DNA from: Bacillota bacterium
GTDB lineage: Bacteria; Bacillota; Dehalobacteriia; UBA4068
Reading direction: 5' to 3'
Length of the DNA: 55,776 bases
NCBI GenBank assembly: GCA_017440145.1
Contig: JAFSHU010000071.1
Coordinates: forward strand, 1 to 55,776
How positions within the stretch are numbered: position 1 is the stretch's first letter; every line of letters starts with the position of its first letter. The notes beneath the pieces are model-generated. The model did no database searches. It was not told the origin of the DNA and worked only from the letters and a program-made list of their open reading frames with translations. Of this stretch, positions 19,277 through 28,908 are shown one piece after another. Position numbers and translations under genes: made by a program.

Positions 19277-20233
19277 TTATTTTTCCTCCTCCACATGGCC
19301 GGAACGAGGATGGGTTTTCTCGTAGGCCTCTTTTAAACGATTGATGCTCACATGTGTGTAAATCTGTGTTGTGCCAATATCCGCATGGCCCAGAAGCTCC
19401 TGCACAGAGCGAATATCCGAGCCATTGTCCATCAGCCGGGTGGCAAAAGTATGCCGCAAAGCGTGGGGGCTGATTTTCTTTAAAGAAGCAGTCCGGGCAA
19501 TGTATTTGTCAACGATGTTGCGATAGCTTCTGTCTGTAAGCCGCCCCCCGCGATTGTTCATGAAGAGCGGGGAATCCGGGGAAGCAGGTTGGCCTGCCGC
19601 CTGCCGGGCCTGCAGATAAGCATCGATGGTATCCATCGTTTCCTTATCGACGGGCTGCCGTCTCTCTTTGTTCCCCTTGCCCAGCACCCGGATATAGCCG
19701 GTGGCGCGGTCGATGGAACGGCAATCCAGAGCCATGGCCTCCCCCACGCGCAGGCCGCAGAAGCAAAGCAGCTCCAGAATGGCCCGATCCCGTTTTCCCA
19801 GGAGCGTATCCTCCGGCATGGACAGCAGCTCCTGCATTTCCTCATAATACAGATAACGGGGCAGGGCTTTTTCCGTTTTAGGGACCCGCAGCAGGGCTGT
19901 GGGATCCTGCTCCACCAAATGCCTGCGGTTCAGATGCTTAAAAAAGGAACGAAGGCTGATCAGATGCCTGCTCTGGCTGGATTTTTCCAGCTTCCGGACA
20001 TCCCGCAGCATACGGAGATAGGCTCGGATGTGTTCCTCCCTGACCTCGGCCGGGGAAAAGCTCTGATCCGGATCAAGCCCCTCATAGACAAGATAATAGG
20101 CAGCAAAATCCGCAAGATCCGCAGAATAGGCCCGGATGGTTTCTTTGGAAGCCGCCAGTTCCGCCTCCTGAAACAGCAGGAAGCCTTCCACAGCCAGATC
20201 CCAGCTGGGGGAATCAGGCGGTATAGAGCTCAT
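19277..20233 (-). CDS. xerC: tyrosine recombinase XerC/CodV
   Basis: C-terminal HALRHTFATRL...LLGHADIGTTQIYTH. Directly abuts hslV with no gap, as in the Bacillus codV-clpQ-clpY arrangement. Confidence 0.9.
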   Translation of the reverse strand: MSSIPPDSPSWDLAVEGFLLFQEAELAASKETIRAYSADLADFAAYYLVYEGLDPDQSFSPAEVREEHIRAYLRMLRDVRKLEKSSQSRHLISLRSFFKHLNRRHLVEQDPTALLRVPKTEKALPRYLYYEEMQELLSMPEDTLLGKRDRAILELLCFCGLRVGEAMALDCRSIDRATGYIRVLGKGNKERRQPVDKETMDTIDAYLQARQAAGQPASPDSPLFMNNRGGRLTDRSYRNIVDKYIARTASLKKISPHALRHTFATRLMDNGSDIRSVQELLGHADIGTTQIYTHVSINRLKEAYEKTHPRSGHVEEEK

Positions 20234-21947
20234 AATAGATCCCCTTCTTTGCCATCAATTCCTCATGCTTCCCCTGCTCCGCGATGCCATCCTCCGTCAG
20301 CACCAGGATCAGGTCAGCCCGTTCGATGGTGGTCAGACGGTGGGCGATGGTAAAGGTGGTGCGCCCGGCAGAGAGCTTCTCCAGGGAGGCCTGGATCACC
20401 CGTTCACTTTCATTATCCAGGGCGCTGGTGGCCTCATCCAGAATCATGATGGGCGGATTCTTCAGGAAAGCCCGGGCAATGGAAAGCCGCTGCTTCTGCC
20501 CGCCGGAAAGCCGCACGCCCCGCTCCCCGATATAGGTATCATAGCCCTTGGGCAGCGCCATGATGAATTCATGTGCATTGGCCTTTTTCGCGGCCTCGAT
20601 CACTTCCTCCATGCTGGCACCGGGGCGTCCGTAGAGAATATTCTCGCTGACCGTACCGGCAAAAAGATAAACATCCTGCTGCACCATGCCGATATTGGAG
20701 CGCAGAGATTTCAGCGTCAGCTCCCGGATCTCCTGCCCATCGATGCAGATGCTGCCCCCGGTGCTTTCATAAAAACGGGGAATCAGATTGCAAAGGGTGG
20801 TTTTCCCGGTGCCGGAGGGGCCCACCAGAGCCACATTTTCCCCGGGCAGCACATGGAGATCGATCTTCTGCAGAACCGGCGTCTCCGGCTCATCCGGGTA
20901 GCTGAAATCCACAGCCTTAAACTCAATCTCACCCCGCACATTCTGCAGCTCCCGGGCATTGGGGGCATCCGTAATATCCGGCGGCACATCCATGATCTCC
21001 AAAAAGCGCTCAATGCCCGTGGTTCCCCGCTGGAATTGCTCCGCATAATCCACCAGACGGCGGATGGTGGTCAGGAGCATATTCACATAAAGCAGTGCGG
21101 AAACAAAGTCCCCCGGGGTGATTTTTTCCCGCAGCATCAGGAAGGCGCCCAGCATCACTACCACGATATACATCAGGCCGTCAAAGCTTCTCGTTGTGCA
21201 GGTCAGGCCAGCCATGGAGGTATAGATGCGCTTCTTCATCCGCAGGAAGACCTGATTCCCCTCTGCGAATTTCTGCTCTTCATAGTCTTCGTTGGTAAAG
21301 GACTTCACCACAGCGATGCCCAGCAGACTGTCATCCACCTGTGCATTGATCTCACCCACCTGCCCACGGGATTCCTTCCAGCCCAGGCGCATCTTATGAT
21401 TAAAACGGCTGGCGACCAGCAGCATAAAGGGGAGCGCCGCAAAAATGACCAGCGCCAAAAGCAGGTTCATTCTGGCGATGATGATGAAGGAAGTCACACC
21501 CTTGATGGCGGCAATAAAAAACTCCTCCGGGCAATGATGGGCGAATTCCGTAATCTCAAACAAATCTGAGGTGATGCGGGCCATGATCTGCCCCACCTTG
21601 GTTTGGCCGAAATAGGAAAAGGACAGCTTCTGCAGGTGGCCAAACAAATCTCGCCGCATATCCGTTTCCACACGGGCACCGGTGTAATGCCCCAGTGATG
21701 CCATAAAATAAGAGGCAGCACTGTCGATCACCCGCAGGGCGATATAGATCAGGCCGCAGCGCAGAATGGCTTCCACCGTCAGCAGGGAAACATCCTCTGT
21801 GGCGGTGTTGGTCAGAAAGCGCACGATCAGCGGCAGGACGATCTCACAGAGCGTGGTCAGCCCCGCACAAAACAAATCCAGCGCAAACAAGCCCCAATAT
21901 GGCTTAAAATATGGAAGAAATCGCTTGATCAATACCCAGGTTTTCAT
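20214..21947 (-). CDS. ABC transporter, fused permease/ATP-binding protein (exporter type)
   Basis: N-terminal 6-TM domain, Walker A GPSGTGKTT, signature LSGGQKQR, and Walker B ILDEATS. Overlaps the xerC start by 20 nt. Confidence 0.9.
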   Translation of the reverse strand: MKTWVLIKRFLPYFKPYWGLFALDLFCAGLTTLCEIVLPLIVRFLTNTATEDVSLLTVEAILRCGLIYIALRVIDSAASYFMASLGHYTGARVETDMRRDLFGHLQKLSFSYFGQTKVGQIMARITSDLFEITEFAHHCPEEFFIAAIKGVTSFIIIARMNLLLALVIFAALPFMLLVASRFNHKMRLGWKESRGQVGEINAQVDDSLLGIAVVKSFTNEDYEEQKFAEGNQVFLRMKKRIYTSMAGLTCTTRSFDGLMYIVVVMLGAFLMLREKITPGDFVSALLYVNMLLTTIRRLVDYAEQFQRGTTGIERFLEIMDVPPDITDAPNARELQNVRGEIEFKAVDFSYPDEPETPVLQKIDLHVLPGENVALVGPSGTGKTTLCNLIPRFYESTGGSICIDGQEIRELTLKSLRSNIGMVQQDVYLFAGTVSENILYGRPGASMEEVIEAAKKANAHEFIMALPKGYDTYIGERGVRLSGGQKQRLSIARAFLKNPPIMILDEATSALDNESERVIQASLEKLSAGRTTFTIAHRLTTIERADLILVLTEDGIAEQGKHEELMAKKGIYYELYTA

Positions 21948-21998
21948 TTTTCCTCAGCCTTTCTATATTGCCTTACCCGCACCGGGTGGCATAAACGC

Positions 21999-23297
21999 TT
22001 ATTTCCCGGCGAAGGCTTGCATATCTGACAAAGCCCGCTGCGCCAGGGCAGCGTATCTTTCTTTTTTATTGCGGATCTTCTGAGAAAGCGGCGGGAAAAG
22101 GCCAAAATTCACATTCATGGGCTGGAAGCTGCCGCCGCCACCGGCGCGCAGAAAACGCAGCATAGAGCCGTGGGCAGTGGTCTCCGGGAATTCCGGCAAA
22201 GCCTCTCCCCGGAATTGAGCCGCAGCGAGCATACCTGCCATCAGGCCGGAGGCTGCGGATTCCACATAGCCCTCCACGCCGGTGATCTGCCCGGCAAAAT
22301 AAAGATCCTCCCTCGTTTTCAGCCGCTGATACCCATCCAGCACCTGCGGAGAATTGATGAAGGTATTCCGGTGCATGGAGCCGTAGCGCAGAAACTCTGC
22401 CTGCTCCAGCCCAGGGATCATTCGGAAGACCCGCTGCTGCTCCCCGCGGGTCAGGCGGGTCTGGCAGCCCACCAGATTATACATGCTTCCTTCCGCATTC
22501 TCTTTCCGCAGCTGCAGAACAGCATAAGCCTGGCTGCCATCCGGCAGCTCCAGACCTACCGGCTTCAGGGGGCCAAAACGAATGGCATCCTCCCCATAGC
22601 GGGCCATGCTTTCCACAGGCATGCAGCCGGTGAAATGCTTTTCCTTTTCAAAATCCCGCAGAGGAAAGACCTCCGCGCCTACCAGAGCCTCATAAAAGAC
22701 CAGGTATTCCTCCTTATTCATGGGGCAGTTCAGATAATCCGTCCCATCTCCCTTTCCGTATCGGGAGGCAAAGAAGGCCTTCTCCATATCGATACTGGAA
22801 GCCTCCACAATGGGGGCAATGGCATCATGAAAATAGAGCTCCTCGCTGCCGGTCAGCTCCAGAATGGCCCTGGTCAGGGCATCCGAAGCCAAAGGCCCCG
22901 CCGCCAGAATCGTCAGGCCAGCGGGAATCTCCGTAAGCTCCTGCTCCACCACCTGCAAATCCGGAAAAGAACGCAGCTTCTCCTCGATATAAGCAGAGAA
23001 GCGTTCCCGATCCACAGCCAGGGCCCCTCCGGCGGGAATGGCAGTGGCATCCGCAGCCTGCAGGATCAGAGAATCCAGCAGGCGCATTTCTGCCTTCAGC
23101 AGGCCTACCGCATTTTCCACCCCGGCAGCCCGCAGAGAATTGCTGCAAACCAGCTCTGCCCAGCCGCCGCTGCGGTGAGCAGGCGTCATCTTTCCCGGGC
23201 GCATCTCAAAGAGGCGAACCGGAACCCCCCGGCGCAAAAGCTGCCAGGCCGCTTCACAGCCGGCCAGACCGGCGCCAATCACATTTATAAATTCCAT
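21999..23297 (-). CDS. trmFO: methylenetetrahydrofolate--tRNA-(uracil-5-)-methyltransferase
   Basis: VIGAGLAGCEAAWQL FAD motif. 432 aa, positioned between topA and xerC. Confidence 0.95.
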   Translation of the reverse strand: MEFINVIGAGLAGCEAAWQLLRRGVPVRLFEMRPGKMTPAHRSGGWAELVCSNSLRAAGVENAVGLLKAEMRLLDSLILQAADATAIPAGGALAVDRERFSAYIEEKLRSFPDLQVVEQELTEIPAGLTILAAGPLASDALTRAILELTGSEELYFHDAIAPIVEASSIDMEKAFFASRYGKGDGTDYLNCPMNKEEYLVFYEALVGAEVFPLRDFEKEKHFTGCMPVESMARYGEDAIRFGPLKPVGLELPDGSQAYAVLQLRKENAEGSMYNLVGCQTRLTRGEQQRVFRMIPGLEQAEFLRYGSMHRNTFINSPQVLDGYQRLKTREDLYFAGQITGVEGYVESAASGLMAGMLAAAQFRGEALPEFPETTAHGSMLRFLRAGGGGSFQPMNVNFGLFPPLSQKIRNKKERYAALAQRALSDMQAFAGK

Positions 23298-23566
23298 CGT
23301 TTTTGCCTTTCCTGATAAATACGAATAGCTACTTGCTCATTTATTTTCTATGTGCTGAACCTTCTGCCATGATAGAAGCTCCTTTCTTTTTTCGTGAGCT
23401 GAAGCAGCACGATCGCGCCAGAAAGAAACTGCTCTTTGCTTAAGCCTTGCTCTCCACCCGCATGGCGGGCGCATTTGCGCCCTGCATTTCAGCAGAGCAG
23501 CGGCGAAAGTACAGCATCAAAGGGCAGCCCGGCGAATGTGCGCAAGCTGCCCTGGGTTCGGATTTG

Positions 23567-25693
23567 TTACTGTGTTTTTTTCTTTGCCGGGCGGCCTTTG
23601 GGCTTCTTTACCTCATTGGCCCGGCTGGGGCAATCCTTATTGGGGCAAAGGACGATCTCTTCTCCATCCCGGGCCTGCCGCTTGGTCAGCTGGGTGCCGC
23701 AGTGCGGGCAGGGCTGCTCAATGGGAAGATCCCAGGAAATATAGGCGCATTCCGGGTACTTGCTGCAGCCATAAAAGATGCGGCCGCTGCGGCTCTTTCT
23801 CTGTACGATATCCCCCCCGCAGGCCAGGCACTTTACGTTGGTATTCACCACGATGGCCTTGGTATTGCGGCATTCCGGGAAGCCGGAGCAGGCCAGAAAA
23901 CGACCGTAGCGCCCCATGCGATAAACCATGGGCTTGCCGCATTTTTCGCAGACCTCATCCGAAACTTCCGGTTCAATGACAATTTTTTCGATCTCCTGCT
24001 CCGCATGATCCAGCGTTACGGCAAAGGGCTGATAGAACTCTTCGATGACCTGATCCCATTTCTTTTGCCCTTCTTCCACGCTGTCCAGCTTATCCTCCAT
24101 GGAGGCAGTGAATTCCACATCGATGATGTCCGAGAAATAATCCTTCATCAGATCCACCACCAGAACACCCAGCTCCGTGGGGTAAAGCTGTTTTTCCTCC
24201 CGCACCACATAGCCGCGGCTCAGGATGGTATCAATGATCGGGGCATAGGTAGAGGGACGGCCAACACCCAGCTCTTCCAGGGTTTTGATCAGCATAGCTT
24301 CGCTGTAGTGCGGCGGCGGCTGCGTGAAATACTGCTTTTTATCCAGCGTATTCAGGGGCAGCTTTTCCCCTTCGGAAACGGGGGCGATCACACCCTGTTC
24401 CTCTTTTTCGCTATCCGGCTGCTCATCCTTGCCTTCATTGTAAACCTGAAGGTAGCCGGCAAAACGCAGCAGCTGGCCGGAAGCCCGGAAGAGGCAATCC
24501 CCGGCCTTCACCTCCACGGTGGTCACATCAAAGATGGCGGGGGCCATCTGGCTGGCCACAAAGCGCTCCCAGATCAGCTTATAGAGCTTATACTGAGGCG
24601 GCGTCAGGTAGGGCTTCAGCATGGCAGGCGTCCGTTCAACGGAAGTGGGGCGAATGGCCTCATGGGCATCCTGCACATTCCCCTTGTTCTTCCCGGGGCT
24701 ATATTGATTGGGCTTTTTGGGGCAGAAATCCGGCCCATACTTTTCTTTGATATATTCCAGGGCCTTTGTCTGAGCCTCTTCATTGATGCGAACAGAGTCC
24801 GTACGCATATAAGAGATCAAGCCCGTGACCGTACCGCCCACAGCAATACCTTCATAGAGCTGCTGTGCAGTCTGCATGGTTTTCTTCGCCATCATCCCCA
24901 GGCGCTTGGAGGCCTCCTGCTGCATCACAGAGGTGGTGAAAGGCGGCAGTGGGTTGCGTTTTTTATCCTTGGTGGTGACGGATTCCACCATATATTCCGC
25001 GGTGGCAAGGCTTTCGATCAAGGATTCCACAGAAGCGGCATCAGGCAGGACCGCCTTTTTCCCTTTGATCTTGGCCAGCTTTGCGACAAGCTCACCCTTC
25101 TGCGCTTGCAGATGGGCAAAGATATGCCAGTATTCCTCCGGAACGAAGCTATTGATCTCTTCCTCCCGGTCACAGATCAGGCGCACCGCCACGGACTGTA
25201 CGCGCCCGGCAGAAAGCCCCTTCTTCACCTTTTTCCAAAGCAGGGGGCTGATTTTGTAGCCCACCAGACGATCCAGGATGCGCCGGGCCTGCTGTGCATC
25301 CACCTTATCCCGGTCGATCACTTCCGGATTCTGCACAGAGCGCTTGATGGAAGCATCCGTAATCTCATTGAAACGGATGCGGCAGGCCTCCTCCGGCAAG
25401 CCCAGATACTGCTGCAAATGCCAGGCAATGGCTTCCCCTTCGCGGTCCGGGTCGCTGCCCAGCAGGACGCGATCCGCTTTTTTCGCCTCATCCCGCAGGG
25501 TCTTGATGATATCCCCTTTGCCGCGGATGGTGATATAATGCGGTGCAAAGCCATTTTCAATATCCACGCCCATGGTGCTTTTAGGCAGATCGCGGATATG
25601 CCCCATGCAAGGCTTGACCACATAATTCTTGCCCAAAAAGCGTTCAATGGTCTTTGCCTTCGTCGGGGATTCCACGATGATCAATGTTCTCAT
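23567..25693 (-). CDS. topA: DNA topoisomerase I
   Basis: Start at the ATG at 25693 (MRTLIIVESPTKAKTI, TOPRIM domain). Contains ISYMRTDS with the active-site Tyr, and C-terminal CxxC zinc fingers. Confidence 0.95.
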   Translation of the reverse strand: MRTLIIVESPTKAKTIERFLGKNYVVKPCMGHIRDLPKSTMGVDIENGFAPHYITIRGKGDIIKTLRDEAKKADRVLLGSDPDREGEAIAWHLQQYLGLPEEACRIRFNEITDASIKRSVQNPEVIDRDKVDAQQARRILDRLVGYKISPLLWKKVKKGLSAGRVQSVAVRLICDREEEINSFVPEEYWHIFAHLQAQKGELVAKLAKIKGKKAVLPDAASVESLIESLATAEYMVESVTTKDKKRNPLPPFTTSVMQQEASKRLGMMAKKTMQTAQQLYEGIAVGGTVTGLISYMRTDSVRINEEAQTKALEYIKEKYGPDFCPKKPNQYSPGKNKGNVQDAHEAIRPTSVERTPAMLKPYLTPPQYKLYKLIWERFVASQMAPAIFDVTTVEVKAGDCLFRASGQLLRFAGYLQVYNEGKDEQPDSEKEEQGVIAPVSEGEKLPLNTLDKKQYFTQPPPHYSEAMLIKTLEELGVGRPSTYAPIIDTILSRGYVVREEKQLYPTELGVLVVDLMKDYFSDIIDVEFTASMEDKLDSVEEGQKKWDQVIEEFYQPFAVTLDHAEQEIEKIVIEPEVSDEVCEKCGKPMVYRMGRYGRFLACSGFPECRNTKAIVVNTNVKCLACGGDIVQRKSRSGRIFYGCSKYPECAYISWDLPIEQPCPHCGTQLTKRQARDGEEIVLCPNKDCPSRANEVKKPKGRPAKKKTQ

Positions 25694-25726
25694 ATACGTC
25701 TTCCCTTCAGCTAAATTCAAAATCTA

Positions 25727-26524
25727 TCAAACCTGAACCGGGTCGGAAGGCCCGGTGGAAATCTCAGCTATGGAATAAAGCGCAGCCTTGCCGGCGATGG
25801 CGATACGATCCCCCTGCATCCGGCAGTAAAGCGTGCCGCCCCGGACAGAAGCCTGGTAAGCCAGGATCTCCTGCTGATCCAGTCGCTTTGCCCAATAGGG
25901 GGCAATGTGGCAATGGCCGGAGCCGCAGACCGGATCCTCCGTGATCTTCAGCTTGGGGCCAAAGCTGCGGGACACGCAATCCGCATCCTTTCCCGCTGCC
26001 GTGGCATGCAGCAGCAAGCCGGGGATCTGCTTTAGTTTATCCATATCCGGCTGCATATTCCGGACGAATTCCTCCGAATCGAACACACAGAGCAGATCCC
26101 GCCCCAGATAGGCTTCCAGGGGCCGGGCGCCGATGGCGTCCACCATGTCCTCTGTGATCTCCTGAGGCTGCAGCGCATAAATGGGGAAATCCATCTCATA
26201 AAGCTCCCCTTTTCTCTTCACGATCAGCTCCCCACTGAGCCCGGTGAAAACCACCTGCTCCGCTTCAGGCTCCACATAATTCAGAATGGTATAGGCCGTG
26301 GCCAGAGTGGCATGGCCGCAAAGATCCACCTCGCCGCCGGGGGTGAACCAGCGCAATTTATAAATCTCGCCCTGCTTGACGGCAAAGGCGGTCTCGGACA
26401 AATTGTTTTCCTGTGCGATACGCAGCATCAGATCATCCGGCAGCCACTGCTCCATGATGCAAACGGCAGCGGGGTTCCCGCCAAAGACCTGCTCGCTGAA
26501 GGAATCTACGACATACTGCTTCAT
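25727..26524 (-). CDS. PhzF-family isomerase
   Basis: Start at the ATG at 26524. MKQYVVDSFSEQVFGGNPAAV...LSETAF...CGHATLA. Confidence 0.85.
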   Translation of the reverse strand: MKQYVVDSFSEQVFGGNPAAVCIMEQWLPDDLMLRIAQENNLSETAFAVKQGEIYKLRWFTPGGEVDLCGHATLATAYTILNYVEPEAEQVVFTGLSGELIVKRKGELYEMDFPIYALQPQEITEDMVDAIGARPLEAYLGRDLLCVFDSEEFVRNMQPDMDKLKQIPGLLLHATAAGKDADCVSRSFGPKLKITEDPVCGSGHCHIAPYWAKRLDQQEILAYQASVRGGTLYCRMQGDRIAIAGKAALYSIAEISTGPSDPVQV

Positions 26525-26577
26525 CCTGATTTCTCCTCTCAATATACAAAACGGCAAAATCCGATTGCTTTTGATGC

Positions 26578-27717
26578 TCAGCGATAAATATTTTTTACCA
26601 CTGCCTGATAATATTTTCCCGGCAGCTGCTTCACCATTCCCCGAATTTCCAGCATGGTGAGAAGGGCCGTCAAGGCAGAGACCTCCAGATTCAGATCCGG
26701 GTCAAGAGCCAGCTCGTCCAGCTGCACCGGGGTCAGCAGCTTTTTCAGCAGCTTCTGCTCTGTGGGAGAAAGCCCCGGGATCATCGTTCCCGGCTTATCC
26801 GCCTTTTCCTTTTTCTCCGGCAGCGGCTTCAGCGTGGGCATTTCCTGGTATTCCAGGCAAATATCCTCTGCAGAAAGCGCCATTTTCGCTCCATCGCGGA
26901 TCAGCCGGTTGGTTCCCCGGCTGTTCATGCTGGTGACCGGGCCGGGAACCGCGAACACATCCCTGCCCTGATCCAGCGCATAGCCCACAGTCAGCATGGT
27001 TCCGCTTTTCTCACTGGCCTCCACCACCAGCACAGCCTGACAAAGGCCGCTGATGATGCGGTTCCGCTGGGGGAAATTCCCACGCAGGGCAGGCATGCCC
27101 AAGGGGAACTCGCTGATAACCGCACCCTGCTGGCAGATCTGCTGATAGAGACTGGAATTCCCCTTGGGATAAACCACATCCAGCCCGGAACCCAAAACCG
27201 CCAGGGTACGGCCGCCACCGCGAATGGCGCCTTCATGGCAGATGCTGTCTATGCCCCGGGCCATGCCGCTGACGACGGTGATTCCCCGGGCAGCCAGATC
27301 CCGGGAAAAGATGGCTGCTACCTGCCGCCCGTAGGCTGTGAAATCCCGGGAGCCGATCATGGCAACGCAGACATCCTCCGGCTCCGGCAAAACGCCATAA
27401 TAGAAAAGCAAAATGGGCGGATCATAGATATGAGAAAGCAGCTCCGGATAATCCGGATCCCCGAAAGCACAGAGGCCGCAGCCACAGGCCAGGAAATTCT
27501 GATAAAGCTCCGCCGGATCCGCCTGCTGCCGCTGAGCCAGAATCTCCTGAAAATGCTTTTCGTTCTTCTCCCCCAATGCTTCCCGCCACTGCTCCTGACC
27601 GTGCCAGGCAGCTTCCGCATCCTGCTGAAAATAATCCAGCAGAAGCCGGGCCTTCCGGGGAGAAAGCTTCGTCATGCTGTTGATTCCCAAAAGATAGGGG
27701 ATTTGCTCTAAAATCAT
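26578..27717 (-). CDS. dprA: DNA-processing protein DprA
   Basis: GMARGIDSICHEGAIRGGGRTLAVLGSGLDVVYPKGN. The start forms an ATGA overlap with the ddl stop at 27714-27717. Confidence 0.9.
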   Translation of the reverse strand: MILEQIPYLLGINSMTKLSPRKARLLLDYFQQDAEAAWHGQEQWREALGEKNEKHFQEILAQRQQADPAELYQNFLACGCGLCAFGDPDYPELLSHIYDPPILLFYYGVLPEPEDVCVAMIGSRDFTAYGRQVAAIFSRDLAARGITVVSGMARGIDSICHEGAIRGGGRTLAVLGSGLDVVYPKGNSSLYQQICQQGAVISEFPLGMPALRGNFPQRNRIISGLCQAVLVVEASEKSGTMLTVGYALDQGRDVFAVPGPVTSMNSRGTNRLIRDGAKMALSAEDICLEYQEMPTLKPLPEKKEKADKPGTMIPGLSPTEQKLLKKLLTPVQLDELALDPDLNLEVSALTALLTMLEIRGMVKQLPGKYYQAVVKNIYR

Positions 27718-28892
27718 TTTTTCCCCTTAAAGCCGCCCTGGGCCAGAATATTGGAATCATATACACGGGTCAGACGATCCGCATCCCGCTTCGCCCGCAG
27801 CGCTGCCCGGATCATCGTATCCAGAAGCTGATCAAAGCCCACGCCGGAGGGTTCAAAGAGATAGAAGGACAAAGAACCCGGGATGGTATTCAGCTCATTC
27901 ACATAAACCTGATTGCTCTTCGGATCCAGCAAAAAGTCTACCCGGCAAACGCCGCGGCAATCCATAGCGGAGAAGGCCTTGGCTGTGTAGGAACGGATCA
28001 GCTCCGTGGTTTCCGCATCCAGCTCAGCCGGAATGCGCCGCTTGGCACCGCTCATGCCCTTGCTGGAGCCGGAAGAAAGGTATTTGTCCTCAAAGCTGAG
28101 GATCTCCTTGCCGTTCAGAGGCTCCTCACAAACGGAAACCTCTACATCACCGGGGAGGCCCAGAGCCGCGCAGTTGATCTCCCGCAGGGGGTCAACCGCC
28201 TGCTCCACCAAAATACGCAGGCTGAAGCTTAAAGCCAGCTCGATCTTTTCCCGCAGGGCCTCCGGATCGTCCGCCCGGCTGATGCCGATGGAGGAGCCAA
28301 GGTTGGCAGGCTTGACGATCATGGGGAAGTGCAGCTTGCTCTGGATCGCAGACAGCACCGCTTCCGCATCCTCTGCCCAATCCCCGGCAGTAAAGGCCTG
28401 GTATTCCACCACAGGCAAACCTGCTTCCCGCAGGACGGCCTTCATCATGATCTTATCCATACCCACCGCAGAGCCCAATACGCTGGGGCAGGCATAGGGG
28501 ATGCCGCAGGTCTCCAGGAAGCCCTGGAGGCAGCCATCCTCCACGCTGGTGCCATGCACCACCGGCAGCGCCACATCGATGCGGGTACCGGCCTGCTTCT
28601 TGCTGAAAAGGCCGCCGCTCTGCCGCTGATAAAGCATCTGATCCCCATAATCATGGGAGAAATAGACCGGCACAGCCTGCTTCAGCAGAGCGGGAATATC
28701 CCGGAAGGCTTTCACATCCAAAAGCACATCGCCGCTGTACCATTTCCCTTCCTTGCTGATATACACCGGGATGACCTGATATTTGTTTTTATCCAGCGCT
28801 GCAATGGCCTGCTGCGCGGAAAGGATGGAGACCTCATGCTCCACGCTGCGCCCGCCAAACAGCACCGCTACGTTGATCTTATTGCTTTCCAT
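27714..28892 (-). CDS. ddl: D-alanine--D-alanine ligase (long form)
   Basis: Start at the ATG at 28892. VAVLFGGRSVEHEVSILSA, an ATP-grasp core, and VNELNTIPG. Confidence 0.9.
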   Translation of the reverse strand: MESNKINVAVLFGGRSVEHEVSILSAQQAIAALDKNKYQVIPVYISKEGKWYSGDVLLDVKAFRDIPALLKQAVPVYFSHDYGDQMLYQRQSGGLFSKKQAGTRIDVALPVVHGTSVEDGCLQGFLETCGIPYACPSVLGSAVGMDKIMMKAVLREAGLPVVEYQAFTAGDWAEDAEAVLSAIQSKLHFPMIVKPANLGSSIGISRADDPEALREKIELALSFSLRILVEQAVDPLREINCAALGLPGDVEVSVCEEPLNGKEILSFEDKYLSSGSSKGMSGAKRRIPAELDAETTELIRSYTAKAFSAMDCRGVCRVDFLLDPKSNQVYVNELNTIPGSLSFYLFEPSGVGFDQLLDTMIRAALRAKRDADRLTRVYDSNILAQGGFKGKK

Positions 28893-28908
28893 CGTGCAAA
28901 GCCTCCGT

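Noticed and set aside
19277-20233. Tyrosine recombinase considered as the integrase of a mobile element.
   Set aside because: It abuts hslV in the conserved codV-clpQ-clpY arrangement. There are no flanking att-like repeats, phage genes or tRNA target, so it is housekeeping XerC.
23298-23566. 269-nt gap between topA and trmFO, examined for an sRNA or riboswitch.
   Set aside because: I found only weak hairpins and a trivial 9-codon ORF, with no recognisable RNA motif.
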